DNA from: Fretibacterium sp. | GTDB lineage: Bacteria > Synergistota > Synergistia > Synergistales > Aminobacteriaceae | Reading direction: 5' to 3' | DNA: 48,289 nucleotides | Assembly (NCBI GenBank): GCA_024681935.1 | Contig: JAIKZX010000161.1 | Span: 1-48,289, forward strand | Translations under genes and position numbers: made by a program | In this document: positions 19,805 through 27,565 of the stretch, one piece after another | Layout of the letters: the number at the start of each line of letters is the position of its first letter | How positions within the stretch are numbered: position 1 is the stretch's first letter | Notes under the pieces: generated by a model | What the model was told of the DNA's origin: nothing | Databases searched by the model: none | Seen by the model: the letters and a program-made list of their open reading frames with translations, nothing else

Positions 19805-20635
19805 TTACGCGGTCTTCTCCACGGCTACGCAGGCCTGGTCGGCCGCGATGCATTTGGTCGGGCACTTGGAGACGCAGCGGCCGCAGCCGATGCACTTATT
19901 CGGGTCGATGACTGCCAGATCGCGGTCTATTGTGATAGCCTGGACCGGGCATTCTCTGGCGCACATCCCGCAGCCGATACAGCCCGCGCTGCACACCTTG
20001 CGGACCATGGGGCCCTTCCAGTGAGAGTTGCAGGCCACAACGATGTTCGCCTTCCGCGGCACCAGCGTCAGTACGCTCTTCGGGCAGTTGGAGACACAGA
20101 CGCCACAGCCTGTGCATTTGTCCGTGTCCACCTTCGGCAGGCCGTTCTCCATCGAGAGGGCACCAAAGGGGCAGACCGAGACGCAGGTCCCAAAGCCAAT
20201 GCAGCTGAAGGGGCAGGCGTTGGGCGAGCCGCCGGGAACCGTTGCCGCTGCGCGGCAGTCCTTAACTCCGTCGTAACCCGCCGTGCGGGGAGACGCTTCG
20301 GGCGTGCCCTTGCAGCGCACAAACGCGCGCATAGGCTCCGCGGCCTCGGCCTTAACACCCATAATCTCAGCAATTTTCTGAGCCACGGGCGCTCCGCCGA
20401 CAGAGCACTTGTTTGTTGCGGCTCCGTCATTCACCACACCGGAGGCATAGCCGTCGCAGCCGGGATAGCCGCAGCCGCCACAGTTTGCTCCGGGGAGTGC
20501 CGCGCGAATCAGCCCGATTCGCTCGTCCTGATGGACCCGAAAGATGATGGAGGCCACGGCCAGAAGTGCGCCGAACACGCCCCCCATAATACCCATCAGA
20601 GCTACGGGCGCGACAAAAACGTGCATGAAATCCAC
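19805..20635 (-). CDS. rnfB: Rnf complex subunit B (polyferredoxin type)
   Basis: N-terminal TM helix, a CGGCGYPGCDGY cluster, then several CxxCxxCxxxCP 4Fe-4S motifs. Confidence 0.9.
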   Translation of the reverse strand: MDFMHVFVAPVALMGIMGGVFGALLAVASIIFRVHQDERIGLIRAALPGANCGGCGYPGCDGYASGVVNDGAATNKCSVGGAPVAQKIAEIMGVKAEAAEPMRAFVRCKGTPEASPRTAGYDGVKDCRAAATVPGGSPNACPFSCIGFGTCVSVCPFGALSMENGLPKVDTDKCTGCGVCVSNCPKSVLTLVPRKANIVVACNSHWKGPMVRKVCSAGCIGCGMCARECPVQAITIDRDLAVIDPNKCIGCGRCVSKCPTKCIAADQACVAVEKTA

Positions 20636-20648
20636 AGCGATCCCTCCC

Positions 20649-21233
20649 TTACTTGATGATGCCGTTGAAGCCCATGAAAGCGATGGACATAAGCCCCGCC
20701 GTAATCAGCGCCATGGGCAGGCCGCGCAGACATTCCGGGATGTCCTCGTTCCCGTCAATGCGCTCGCGAATGCCCGCCATAAGGGAGATCGCCAGCAAAA
20801 AGCCCAGCGACGAGCCCAGCGCGTTCACGAGGGCCGCCGCCAGGCCATAGCCCTCGTTCATGTTCAGCACTGCCACGCCCAGCACCGCGCAGTTCGTCGT
20901 TATGAGCGGGAGGAAGATGCCCAGCGATTTATACAGAGTTGGGTTGAGCTTCTTCAACGCCAGTTCGACAAACTGAACCAGCGCCGCAATCACCAGGATG
21001 AACGACAAAGTGTAGAGGTATTCCAGATGCAGCGGGACCAGCAGGAAATTGTACGTCAGCCACGTCATAAGCGACGCCAGAACAATGACAAACACAACGG
21101 CCACACCCATGCCCCGCGCCGTTTCTGATTTGCTGGAGACGCCCATGAAGGGACAGCACCCCAAAAAGCGTGACAGCAGGATGTTGTGAACGAAGATAGA
21201 ACTGATAAAAAGCAATAACAGTTCGGTCATCAT
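20649..21233 (-). CDS. rnfA: Rnf complex subunit A
   Basis: 194-aa polytopic protein with the NILLSRFLG…FLPLITTNCAVLG signature. Its ATG overlaps the rnfE stop. Confidence 0.92.
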   Translation of the reverse strand: MMTELLLLFISSIFVHNILLSRFLGCCPFMGVSSKSETARGMGVAVVFVIVLASLMTWLTYNFLLVPLHLEYLYTLSFILVIAALVQFVELALKKLNPTLYKSLGIFLPLITTNCAVLGVAVLNMNEGYGLAAALVNALGSSLGFLLAISLMAGIRERIDGNEDIPECLRGLPMALITAGLMSIAFMGFNGIIK

Positions 21234-21922
21234 GCTTTACCTCCCTCCCCGCTGGGGCAGGAGCCCGCCATGGCGCATGCGGCGCAGCCCGCAGCCTTCT
21301 TGGGGGCGGAACAGCCCTTGCGGGCCGCTAACTTCGCCTGAATGGCGCGGAACGCCCCCATGCAGCAGCCCAGCACGATGAACCCGCCGGGTGCAAGCAC
21401 CACCAGCAGGATGGGGTCAAAACCCACCACCTGCGTGCCCAGTAGCGTGCCGCTGCCCAGCACTTCGCGGATAGCCCCAAGGAAGGTCAGCGCACAGGTG
21501 AAGCCCATGCCCATCCCCACGCCGTCCAGCGCTGAGGCAATGACGCCGTTCTTGGATGCAAAGGCCTCCGCCCGCGCCAGAATAATACAGTTGACAACGA
21601 TGAGCGGGATGAAGATGCCCAGCGATTTGTTCAGCTCCGGGGCAAAGCCCTCCATCAAAAACTGGATAACTGTCACGAACCCTGCGATAACGACGATAAA
21701 GATGGGGATGCGGACCTCGTCCGGCACTATCTTGCGGAGCATGGAGATAACGGCGTTGGACGCGATGAGCACGAACGTTGCCGCAATGCCCATACCGACC
21801 CCGTTGGCCACGCTGGTGGTGACGGCGAGGGTGGGGCAGAGGCCGATGCACTGGACGAAGGTCGGGTTCTCGGTCAGTAGCCCGTTTGTTACGATCTTCA
21901 AAGGATTGGTTGACTGGCTCAT
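21230..21922 (-). CDS. rnfE: Rnf complex subunit E, with a Cys-rich C-terminal extension
   Basis: NPTFVQCIGLCPTLAVT and FIPLIVVNCIILARAEAFA are typical RnfE/NqrD-like motifs. The tail reads GCSAPKKAAGCAACAMAGSCPSGEGGKA. Confidence 0.9.
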   Translation of the reverse strand: MSQSTNPLKIVTNGLLTENPTFVQCIGLCPTLAVTTSVANGVGMGIAATFVLIASNAVISMLRKIVPDEVRIPIFIVVIAGFVTVIQFLMEGFAPELNKSLGIFIPLIVVNCIILARAEAFASKNGVIASALDGVGMGMGFTCALTFLGAIREVLGSGTLLGTQVVGFDPILLVVLAPGGFIVLGCCMGAFRAIQAKLAARKGCSAPKKAAGCAACAMAGSCPSGEGGKA

Positions 21923-21923
21923 C

Positions 21924-22526
21924 TTATTTCCCCTTTAAATTCTTGTCCCAATACTCCGCCGCGGCGTTGACGCCGTTTGTTACAGCGGTGGAGGTGATGG
22001 TTGCGCCGGAGATGGCCGCTATTTCATTCTCAGCTTCTGCCGTGCCCTTAACGACCTTTATCGGGGCTTTTTTGCCTGCGAACTGTCCGTAAAACTCCGG
22101 CTCCGTAGATCTTGCCCCCAGGCCCGGCGTCTCAGAGTGGCTCAGGATGTTGATGCCCCGGATGGTTCCGTCATTTGCGATACCCACGACGAAGTTTACC
22201 GGCCCGCCGTAGCCCTTTGACGAGATGGACAGACACCAGCCCGCCGTTGAGCCATTCTTATCCATAGCCTGCTGGACCTCGGCAAGCATCTCTCCGGCTC
22301 CGTCCGCCAGCGTCGCGGCAGCGAAAGACGTGGCCTCCGGCATGACGTTCCGCAGGGCTTCCGCCTTGGCCTCCGCCTCGGCCTTTTCAATCGCTATCCG
22401 GGTGCCCCACTCCACGACACCTAAAATCAGCCCCGTGACGGCTGTTATCAGAAAGAGCGTCCCGCCCAGGTGGAGAATCTTCTTCTTCGTCTCTGCCTTA
22501 AGCTCAGGAGTCATTTTGTCCGTCAT
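21924..22526 (-). CDS. rnfG: Rnf complex subunit G (FMN-binding)
   Basis: I trimmed the 433-aa track ORF to the ATG at 22526 (MTDKMTPELK…), which overlaps the rnfD stop as ATGA. One N-terminal TM helix, and the covalent-FMN motif SGATITS. Confidence 0.88.
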   Translation of the reverse strand: MTDKMTPELKAETKKKILHLGGTLFLITAVTGLILGVVEWGTRIAIEKAEAEAKAEALRNVMPEATSFAAATLADGAGEMLAEVQQAMDKNGSTAGWCLSISSKGYGGPVNFVVGIANDGTIRGINILSHSETPGLGARSTEPEFYGQFAGKKAPIKVVKGTAEAENEIAAISGATITSTAVTNGVNAAAEYWDKNLKGK

Positions 22527-23506
22527 TTCGCTGCCTCCCCCTGGTTTGTCTTCTTGTGCGTTCCCATGGCTCGCGGACCCGTGTAACGGTCGATCAAAGG
22601 AACCGCGACGTTCATGATGAGGATGGAGTAGGACACGCCCTCGGGATAGCCGCCCCATGTACGGATCAGAGCCGTCAGCAGGCCGCAGCCAAAGGCGTAG
22701 AAGACCTGTCCCTTTGCGGTTATGGGGGACGTGGTGTAGTCCGTGGCCATGAAGATAGCTCCCAGCATCAGGCCGCCCGCCAGGATCTCGTAGTGTGGGA
22801 AATGCCCGCCGCCGTGGCCGAAGATTGAGGCCAACACCGCCGTTGTGGCGATGTAGATTACCGGAATACGCCAGGAGATGATGCCCTCCCAGATCAGGTA
22901 GAGGCCGCCCAGCAGGAGAAGCAGCGCGGAGGTCTCCCCAATGCAGCCGCCCATTGAGCCCGTTACGAGGTTCCACAGCGGAGGAATGGTTGCCGCAGGG
23001 CCCGCCGCTGTGGCGGAGGACGTGGCAGCAGCGCCCGCCTTCATCACGGCCAGAGGGGTTGCGGTGCTGATCCCATCCAGGGTCCAGGTGGTCATAGCGA
23101 TGGGCCAGGAGATGAGCATCATCGCTCGGGCTGCCAGAGCCGGGTTCACGATGTTGCAGCCGATGCCGCCGTAGAACTGCTTGACCACGATAATAGCAAA
23201 TATGGAGCCCACCACGGCCATCCACAGCGGGATGGAGGGCGGCAGATTGTAGGCCAGGAGCAGCCCCGTGACGGCGGCGGAGAGGTCGCCGACAGTGGTC
23301 TTCTTCCCGTTCAGACGCTGCCAGACGAACTCAGCCAACACGCAGGCAGCAACGCAGGTGAGAATCACCCACAGGGCGGGGAGGCCAAAGACCCAGACGC
23401 CCATCACGCCCGCCGGGACCAACGCCAGAAGGACCGACGCCATAATCTGCCGCGTGGTCAGCGGGGAATGGATGTGGGGTGAGGTGGATACAATCAGGTT
23501 ACTCAT
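22523..23506 (-). CDS. rnfD: Rnf complex subunit D
   Basis: N-terminus SPHIHSPLTTRQIM, a polytopic protein, TATPL FMN-site motif. It overlaps the rnfC stop. Confidence 0.92.
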   Translation of the reverse strand: MSNLIVSTSPHIHSPLTTRQIMASVLLALVPAGVMGVWVFGLPALWVILTCVAACVLAEFVWQRLNGKKTTVGDLSAAVTGLLLAYNLPPSIPLWMAVVGSIFAIIVVKQFYGGIGCNIVNPALAARAMMLISWPIAMTTWTLDGISTATPLAVMKAGAAATSSATAAGPAATIPPLWNLVTGSMGGCIGETSALLLLLGGLYLIWEGIISWRIPVIYIATTAVLASIFGHGGGHFPHYEILAGGLMLGAIFMATDYTTSPITAKGQVFYAFGCGLLTALIRTWGGYPEGVSYSILIMNVAVPLIDRYTGPRAMGTHKKTNQGEAAK

Positions 23507-24888
23507 TTCTTCGCCTCCGTTTCAGGCTTTTGGGCCGCCTCTTTTGCCCTGGCTGCCGCGGCCGCCGCGCGCCGGGCCGCTGTCACGGCCGCCTTGCCGT
23601 CCTTGTAGCTTTGGACAAGGTGCCGGGAGGCAGGGCATGTATAAGCGCAGCTCCCGCACTCAATGCAGCTCATGCCGTTGTGGGCCTCAAATTCTTCATA
23701 GTCCCGGCGGCGCACAGCGTGATCCAGCAGCGTGGGCTCAAGGTGCATGGGACAGACCTCCACGCAGCGCCCGCAACGCAGGCAGGCAGACTCCTCTGCA
23801 ATCCAGGCAGACTTCGATGTCAGGCACAGGATGCCTGACGTTCCCTTCACAACCGGCACGTCCAGCGAACGCATGGCAAGGCCCATCATGGGCCCCCCGG
23901 CCAGGACCTTCACCGGATCCTCCTTAAAGCCGCCGCACGCGTCGAGGAGCTCCTGAACGGATATCCCAAGCGGGACCTCCAGATTCTTCGGCTCCATCAC
24001 CGCGTCGCCCGTTACGGAGACGATACGGTGGGTGACAGGACGCCCCTTGGTCAGAGCAAGCCATATCTGATAGGTCGTGCGGGCGTTCAGAATGATGCAG
24101 CCCACGTCCGCAGGCAGCGCGGGGGGCGGCGGGGTCTCCTGGCCCGTGACGGACCAGATCAGCATCTTCTCAGCGCCCTGAGGGTATTTGACCTTGTGGG
24201 GCATGACGCGGATACGCTCATTTCCACACTTCTCCACCATGGCACTCATGGCCTCGATGGCTTGGGGCTTGTTGTTCTCAATGGCGATAACGCCCTGGGC
24301 TTCGGGGAAGAGTTCCAGAACCAGCTCCAGTCCGCGGACGATGGACTCAGTGTGTTCCAGCATCAGGCGGTTGTCACAGCTCAGGTAGGGCTCACACTCC
24401 GCGCCGTTGACGATAATCCAGCGAATGACGCTGCCCTTGGGCGGTGAAAGCTTGACATGGGTCGGAAAGCAGGCGCCTCCCATACCCACGATGCCCGCCG
24501 CACGGATGAGCTTAACGTAGTCCTCCGGACCGGGATTATGGTCCAGTCCTTCAAGGAGCGATGGGGCCTCCTCGTACTGTCCGTCGTTCTCGATGACGAT
24601 GCAGGGGTCCACGCTGCCGGAGATGGTCATACGTGAGCCAATCTCCTTCACGGTCCCCGATACGCTGGAAAAGATGGGTGCAGAGACAAAGGCATCTGTG
24701 TCCGCAATCTTTTGCCCCACCTTCACATGGTCGCCTTTCGCCACGACAGGGGCGCAGGGGGCCCCGATGTGCTGTGACAACGGATAGACCAGGTCTCCCT
24801 TTGGGAGCAGCCCCTCGATGGCCTTGTCCTCAGTCAGAGCCTTCCCCTCAGGCGGGTGGACACCGCCCAGAAATGTCGGCAACTTCAT
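23503..24888 (-). CDS. rnfC: Rnf complex subunit C
   Basis: N-terminus MKLPTFLGGVHPPEGK, and two 4Fe-4S motifs (CLRCGRCVEVCP, CIECGSCAYTCP). I chose the ATG at 24888 (GGGGAG RBS 7 nt upstream) over the GTG at 24954. Confidence 0.92.
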   Translation of the reverse strand: MKLPTFLGGVHPPEGKALTEDKAIEGLLPKGDLVYPLSQHIGAPCAPVVAKGDHVKVGQKIADTDAFVSAPIFSSVSGTVKEIGSRMTISGSVDPCIVIENDGQYEEAPSLLEGLDHNPGPEDYVKLIRAAGIVGMGGACFPTHVKLSPPKGSVIRWIIVNGAECEPYLSCDNRLMLEHTESIVRGLELVLELFPEAQGVIAIENNKPQAIEAMSAMVEKCGNERIRVMPHKVKYPQGAEKMLIWSVTGQETPPPPALPADVGCIILNARTTYQIWLALTKGRPVTHRIVSVTGDAVMEPKNLEVPLGISVQELLDACGGFKEDPVKVLAGGPMMGLAMRSLDVPVVKGTSGILCLTSKSAWIAEESACLRCGRCVEVCPMHLEPTLLDHAVRRRDYEEFEAHNGMSCIECGSCAYTCPASRHLVQSYKDGKAAVTAARRAAAAAARAKEAAQKPETEAKK

Positions 24889-25242
24889 CTTAAAACTCCC
24901 CTCAAGTGAAGTTCCAAGTTCCGCTCTGTCCGGAGATAAACGCTCATTATCCACAGGAACGGCCTTGTGCGCTTATGCCTTGTAACAGTCAGGACAGCCC
25001 GGAAACTCAGTTTAACTTATTATAAACCTTTACAATGGAAAATGGGGGAGATTAGACGGTGCCCGCCGCTTTGCCGTTTCCCGCCGATGTAACTGTCCGG
25101 CGCAAGAGGCAGGAGGCGGGGAGTGGTACCGGGGGGCCGGCTCATCCCTACAGGCTAAGGACGCGGATTGCTGAGTTCACGGCGCTGTGGCGATGGACTG
25201 TGTTGAAGCAGGGCATAGTTTCCTCGCGGAGATCTCCGCGAT

Positions 25243-25278
25243 AAAACAGAAAAAGCAGGAGCCGTAAAGAGGCTCCCG
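25243..25278 (-). terminator. Rho-independent terminator downstream of the solute-binding protein gene; possible end of the trb-LRR-SBP transcription unit
   Basis: On the minus strand: GGAGCC, 7-nt loop, GGCTCC, then GCTTTTTCTGTTTT. Confidence 0.6.
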
Positions 25279-25310
25279 CCATTATCTGCAATAATCTGAC
25301 TCAGATGCTT

Positions 25311-26123
25311 CTATTTCTTCCTGATATACAGAAATTTATCCCATTCGTAATAGGAATCGGAGAGCAGAACATTATCCGGGACATCCACCTGATCCTCCAC
25401 GTCTAAGACCACAAGGTACCAGAACACCACGTTCGCTCTCCCTGAAACCAGCGCAGCCTGCCGTGCTCCCGCATCGATATCCAGCAATTTGATGTTCATC
25501 CGGAGACGGCGTCCAATCTCCGCCAGAACGGCCGTGTTGAACCCCGAAGGCGTTCCATCCGCAGCAACATAGTCAATAGGCGGCAGATCCCCCGTCACCG
25601 CCACCGTGAGTGTCTCATTGCCATCAAAACGCTCGAACTTCACCGGTTCCGGATCCGTTATGCCGGGATTCTGAAGGTGCTTGAGCTGTAAGTCTGCAAG
25701 TGTCCCGTCACTCTTCATTTCACGCAGAACGGAATTGACCCTGTCTCTTAAAGACGCGCTGTTCTCACCGAAGCCAAAGGCAAAACAGACTGTCCTTATC
25801 CGCTCAGCGCTGGAGACGGCGAGCTCCGGTGAAGTGTTGAGCATATATTCTGCCACAGACTTCGGAAGCGCAACTTCATCAATGTCCCCCCGGCTCAGGG
25901 CCATCTGCATCTCCAGCAGGGAGTTGAAGAATACAAACTCCTCATTGCCTTCGTGGCTGTCAGAGAGGAGATTCCAGCCTATAATCTTTCTGTCCTCTAT
26001 GAGCAGATTCCTGTACTCCTCCTCGGTGGTGTTCAGTTTCTCCAAAAAGCCAACCTTGACATCCGCATTCGCAACCCCCCGCAGCAGGAGGGGCATCAAC
26101 AGCGCGCACAAAAATTTTTTCAT
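25311..26123 (-). CDS. Secreted family-3 (amino-acid type) solute-binding protein homologue; lobes appear in permuted order; no adjacent permease or ATPase
   Basis: Signal peptide MKKFLCALLMPLLLRGVANA. LTVAVTGDLPPIDYVAADGTPSGFNTAVLAEIGRRL resembles an SBP_bac_3 N-lobe but lies near the C-terminus. ALSRGDIDEVALPKSVAEYML and REMKSDGTLADLQLKHL resemble C-lobe segments but lie near the N-terminus. AAGGAG RBS. Confidence 0.6.
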   Translation of the reverse strand: MKKFLCALLMPLLLRGVANADVKVGFLEKLNTTEEEYRNLLIEDRKIIGWNLLSDSHEGNEEFVFFNSLLEMQMALSRGDIDEVALPKSVAEYMLNTSPELAVSSAERIRTVCFAFGFGENSASLRDRVNSVLREMKSDGTLADLQLKHLQNPGITDPEPVKFERFDGNETLTVAVTGDLPPIDYVAADGTPSGFNTAVLAEIGRRLRMNIKLLDIDAGARQAALVSGRANVVFWYLVVLDVEDQVDVPDNVLLSDSYYEWDKFLYIRKK

Positions 26124-26130
26124 GTGAAAA

Positions 26131-26331
26131 CTATCTCCTTCCTATAAAGATAAAGAACAAAGAAAGAATAACCCCATAAAAACCCCAGAGCCCGGCGTCG
26201 CACCCGCTGGAAGAGCTGTGTTTTCCGCGGACTTCGTCTGTGTCATTGCCTCCCCAGCCCACATTCAGAATGCCGTCTCTGCACACCGCGTACTCATCGC
26301 TCAGCCTCATGGCGTATGCGACTGTCTCTTC
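26131..26331 (-). other. In-frame continuation of the LRR ORF beyond its TAG stop; encodes a C-terminal sorting-signal-like tail
   Basis: Hand translation immediately after the TAG, in the same frame, gives EETVAYAMRLSDEYAVCRDGILNVGWGGNDTDEVRGKHSSSSGCDAGLWGFYGVILSLFFIFIGRR*. That is an SGC motif, a TM helix and RR, as in the protein at 1-1311. Confidence 0.6.
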
Positions 26332-26964
26332 CTAAGTCATTCTTTTTGTGTTGGTGTCCGAGCCGCCGACATAGCTACCCAGACCCTTATTGCCATTCTT
26401 GTTCCTGTCCTGGATTGAATAATTGCAGTCGACAACCGTTCCGGCAGCAAAAATTTCCTCCCTGTTGTTGCCCACCACCATGCCAACGTGCTTCTGTGTT
26501 GTTCCAATCTGATCGTTGACAGCCGAACAGTGCAAAACGATTCCGCCCTTATTCATGGCCACAATGCCGCCAACGCGGATATCTTTGCTGCCGATGGTCT
26601 TCACCCTGCTGCCCATAGTGAGCGAAGGGATTCCCCAGCAGCCATAGAACGCGGCATTCCCGATACTTTCGACGGTGTCGGAGATGATGGGGCGCGTCAG
26701 GGTGCGGCAGTTATAAAATGCCTTTGCCCCAATGCGGGTTACGCCTTCTCCGATGATGATGGATTTAATCTTTTCATTGGGTGAAGACCAGGGGCTCTCG
26801 TTATCCTTCATGGCTCCTGAGCCGCTGATGGTGAGGGGCCTGTCCGTAAAGTCCCACATCAGGCCATTTCCGCAAGCGCCGCCATACGCCTCCGCAAAGG
26901 GCACAGGCGTTAAGAAGCAGCACATCAGCAGCGCCAGCAAAGAAACGTATATTATTTGATTCAT
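26332..26964 (-). CDS. BspA-like leucine-rich-repeat surface protein, terminated by TAG at 26332-26334
   Basis: Signal peptide MNQIIYVSLLALLMCCFLTPVPFAEA. LRR_5-type repeats (IGAKAFYNCRTL, IGNAAFYGCWGI, IGSKDI…). GAAGGGGG RBS. It starts 61 nt downstream of traF on the same strand. Confidence 0.65.
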   Translation of the reverse strand: MNQIIYVSLLALLMCCFLTPVPFAEAYGGACGNGLMWDFTDRPLTISGSGAMKDNESPWSSPNEKIKSIIIGEGVTRIGAKAFYNCRTLTRPIISDTVESIGNAAFYGCWGIPSLTMGSRVKTIGSKDIRVGGIVAMNKGGIVLHCSAVNDQIGTTQKHVGMVVGNNREEIFAAGTVVDCNYSIQDRNKNGNKGLGSYVGGSDTNTKRMT

Positions 26965-27025
26965 GATAAAGCCCCCTTCAGTCCGCCCTGATTACAGAAA
27001 CAAATCTTATCAAAAACAAAATGTC

Positions 27026-27556
27026 TCAAAAAACAAGCAGCGGTATCACTCTGGAGCATTGATCCAGTTTTGCCGGGCCCAGGTAGCGGGAATCGAACCC
27101 GCGGGGCGAATCGCTGAGCAGCCACACCTCATTGAACGCAAGCTGACAGGGAAGAGGAAAGGCCCGCATCACGTTTCCCACCCTGTCCATGGACAGAGGA
27201 ACACTGTTGGGAACAACCTCCCCCGCGACGCGCAGCAAACCGTCTTTATCTGCCTCAACCCTTTCCCCCGGGAGGCCGGCGACGCGCTTCAGGTATGGGG
27301 TCACCCTTCCCCAGTCATTTTTGCGGTGATAGGCTTCGGGGACCCAATCGGTGGAGCGGAATGCTTCAAAGGGGATCTCCACAATGTCGCCCCGCTGAAC
27401 GGGGCCATCCCTCCGCAGCCACAGCCCCACCGGCACAGAGGGCGATGTGTTCACAACGAACAGCCCCGAACAGAGCAGAGCGGCAGCCGCAGTCCCAAAA
27501 ATCAGGACGCAGATTGCCGCTTTCTGTTCGGGACGCAGTTTTTTCTGCTTTTTCAT
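27026..27556 (-). CDS. traF: Conjugative-transfer signal peptidase TraF (S26 family, pilin-maturation type)
   Basis: NTSPSVPVGLW, YLKRVAGLPGERV and GFDSRYLGP match the TraF/S26 motifs. Confidence 0.8.
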   Translation of the reverse strand: MKKQKKLRPEQKAAICVLIFGTAAAALLCSGLFVVNTSPSVPVGLWLRRDGPVQRGDIVEIPFEAFRSTDWVPEAYHRKNDWGRVTPYLKRVAGLPGERVEADKDGLLRVAGEVVPNSVPLSMDRVGNVMRAFPLPCQLAFNEVWLLSDSPRGFDSRYLGPAKLDQCSRVIPLLVF

Positions 27557-27565
27557 GTCAGCCGC

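Noticed and set aside
21924-23225. 433-aa track ORF suggesting a much longer RnfG.
   Set aside because: The upstream 233 codons overlap rnfD in another frame and are Gly/Arg/His-rich nonsense. The ATG at 22526 overlaps the rnfD stop (ATGA) and gives a normal 200-aa RnfG with one TM helix and an FMN site.
25060-25240. Riboswitch or known structured RNA upstream of rnfC, and the 61-aa ORF at 25059-25244.
   Set aside because: By-eye comparison found no match to the B12, SAM, TPP, glycine, ZTP or c-di-GMP consensus cores. The ORF product is Arg/Pro-rich with no RBS. I reported the region only as an unexplained structured non-coding stretch.
26332-26334. TAG as a reassigned (pyrrolysine) codon explaining the interrupted LRR gene.
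   Set aside because: rpoC ends with TAG at a position consistent with a true stop, and no pyl genes or methylamine methyltransferases are visible here. A nonsense mutation or sequencing error is more parsimonious. I kept it only as a minor alternative in the finding.
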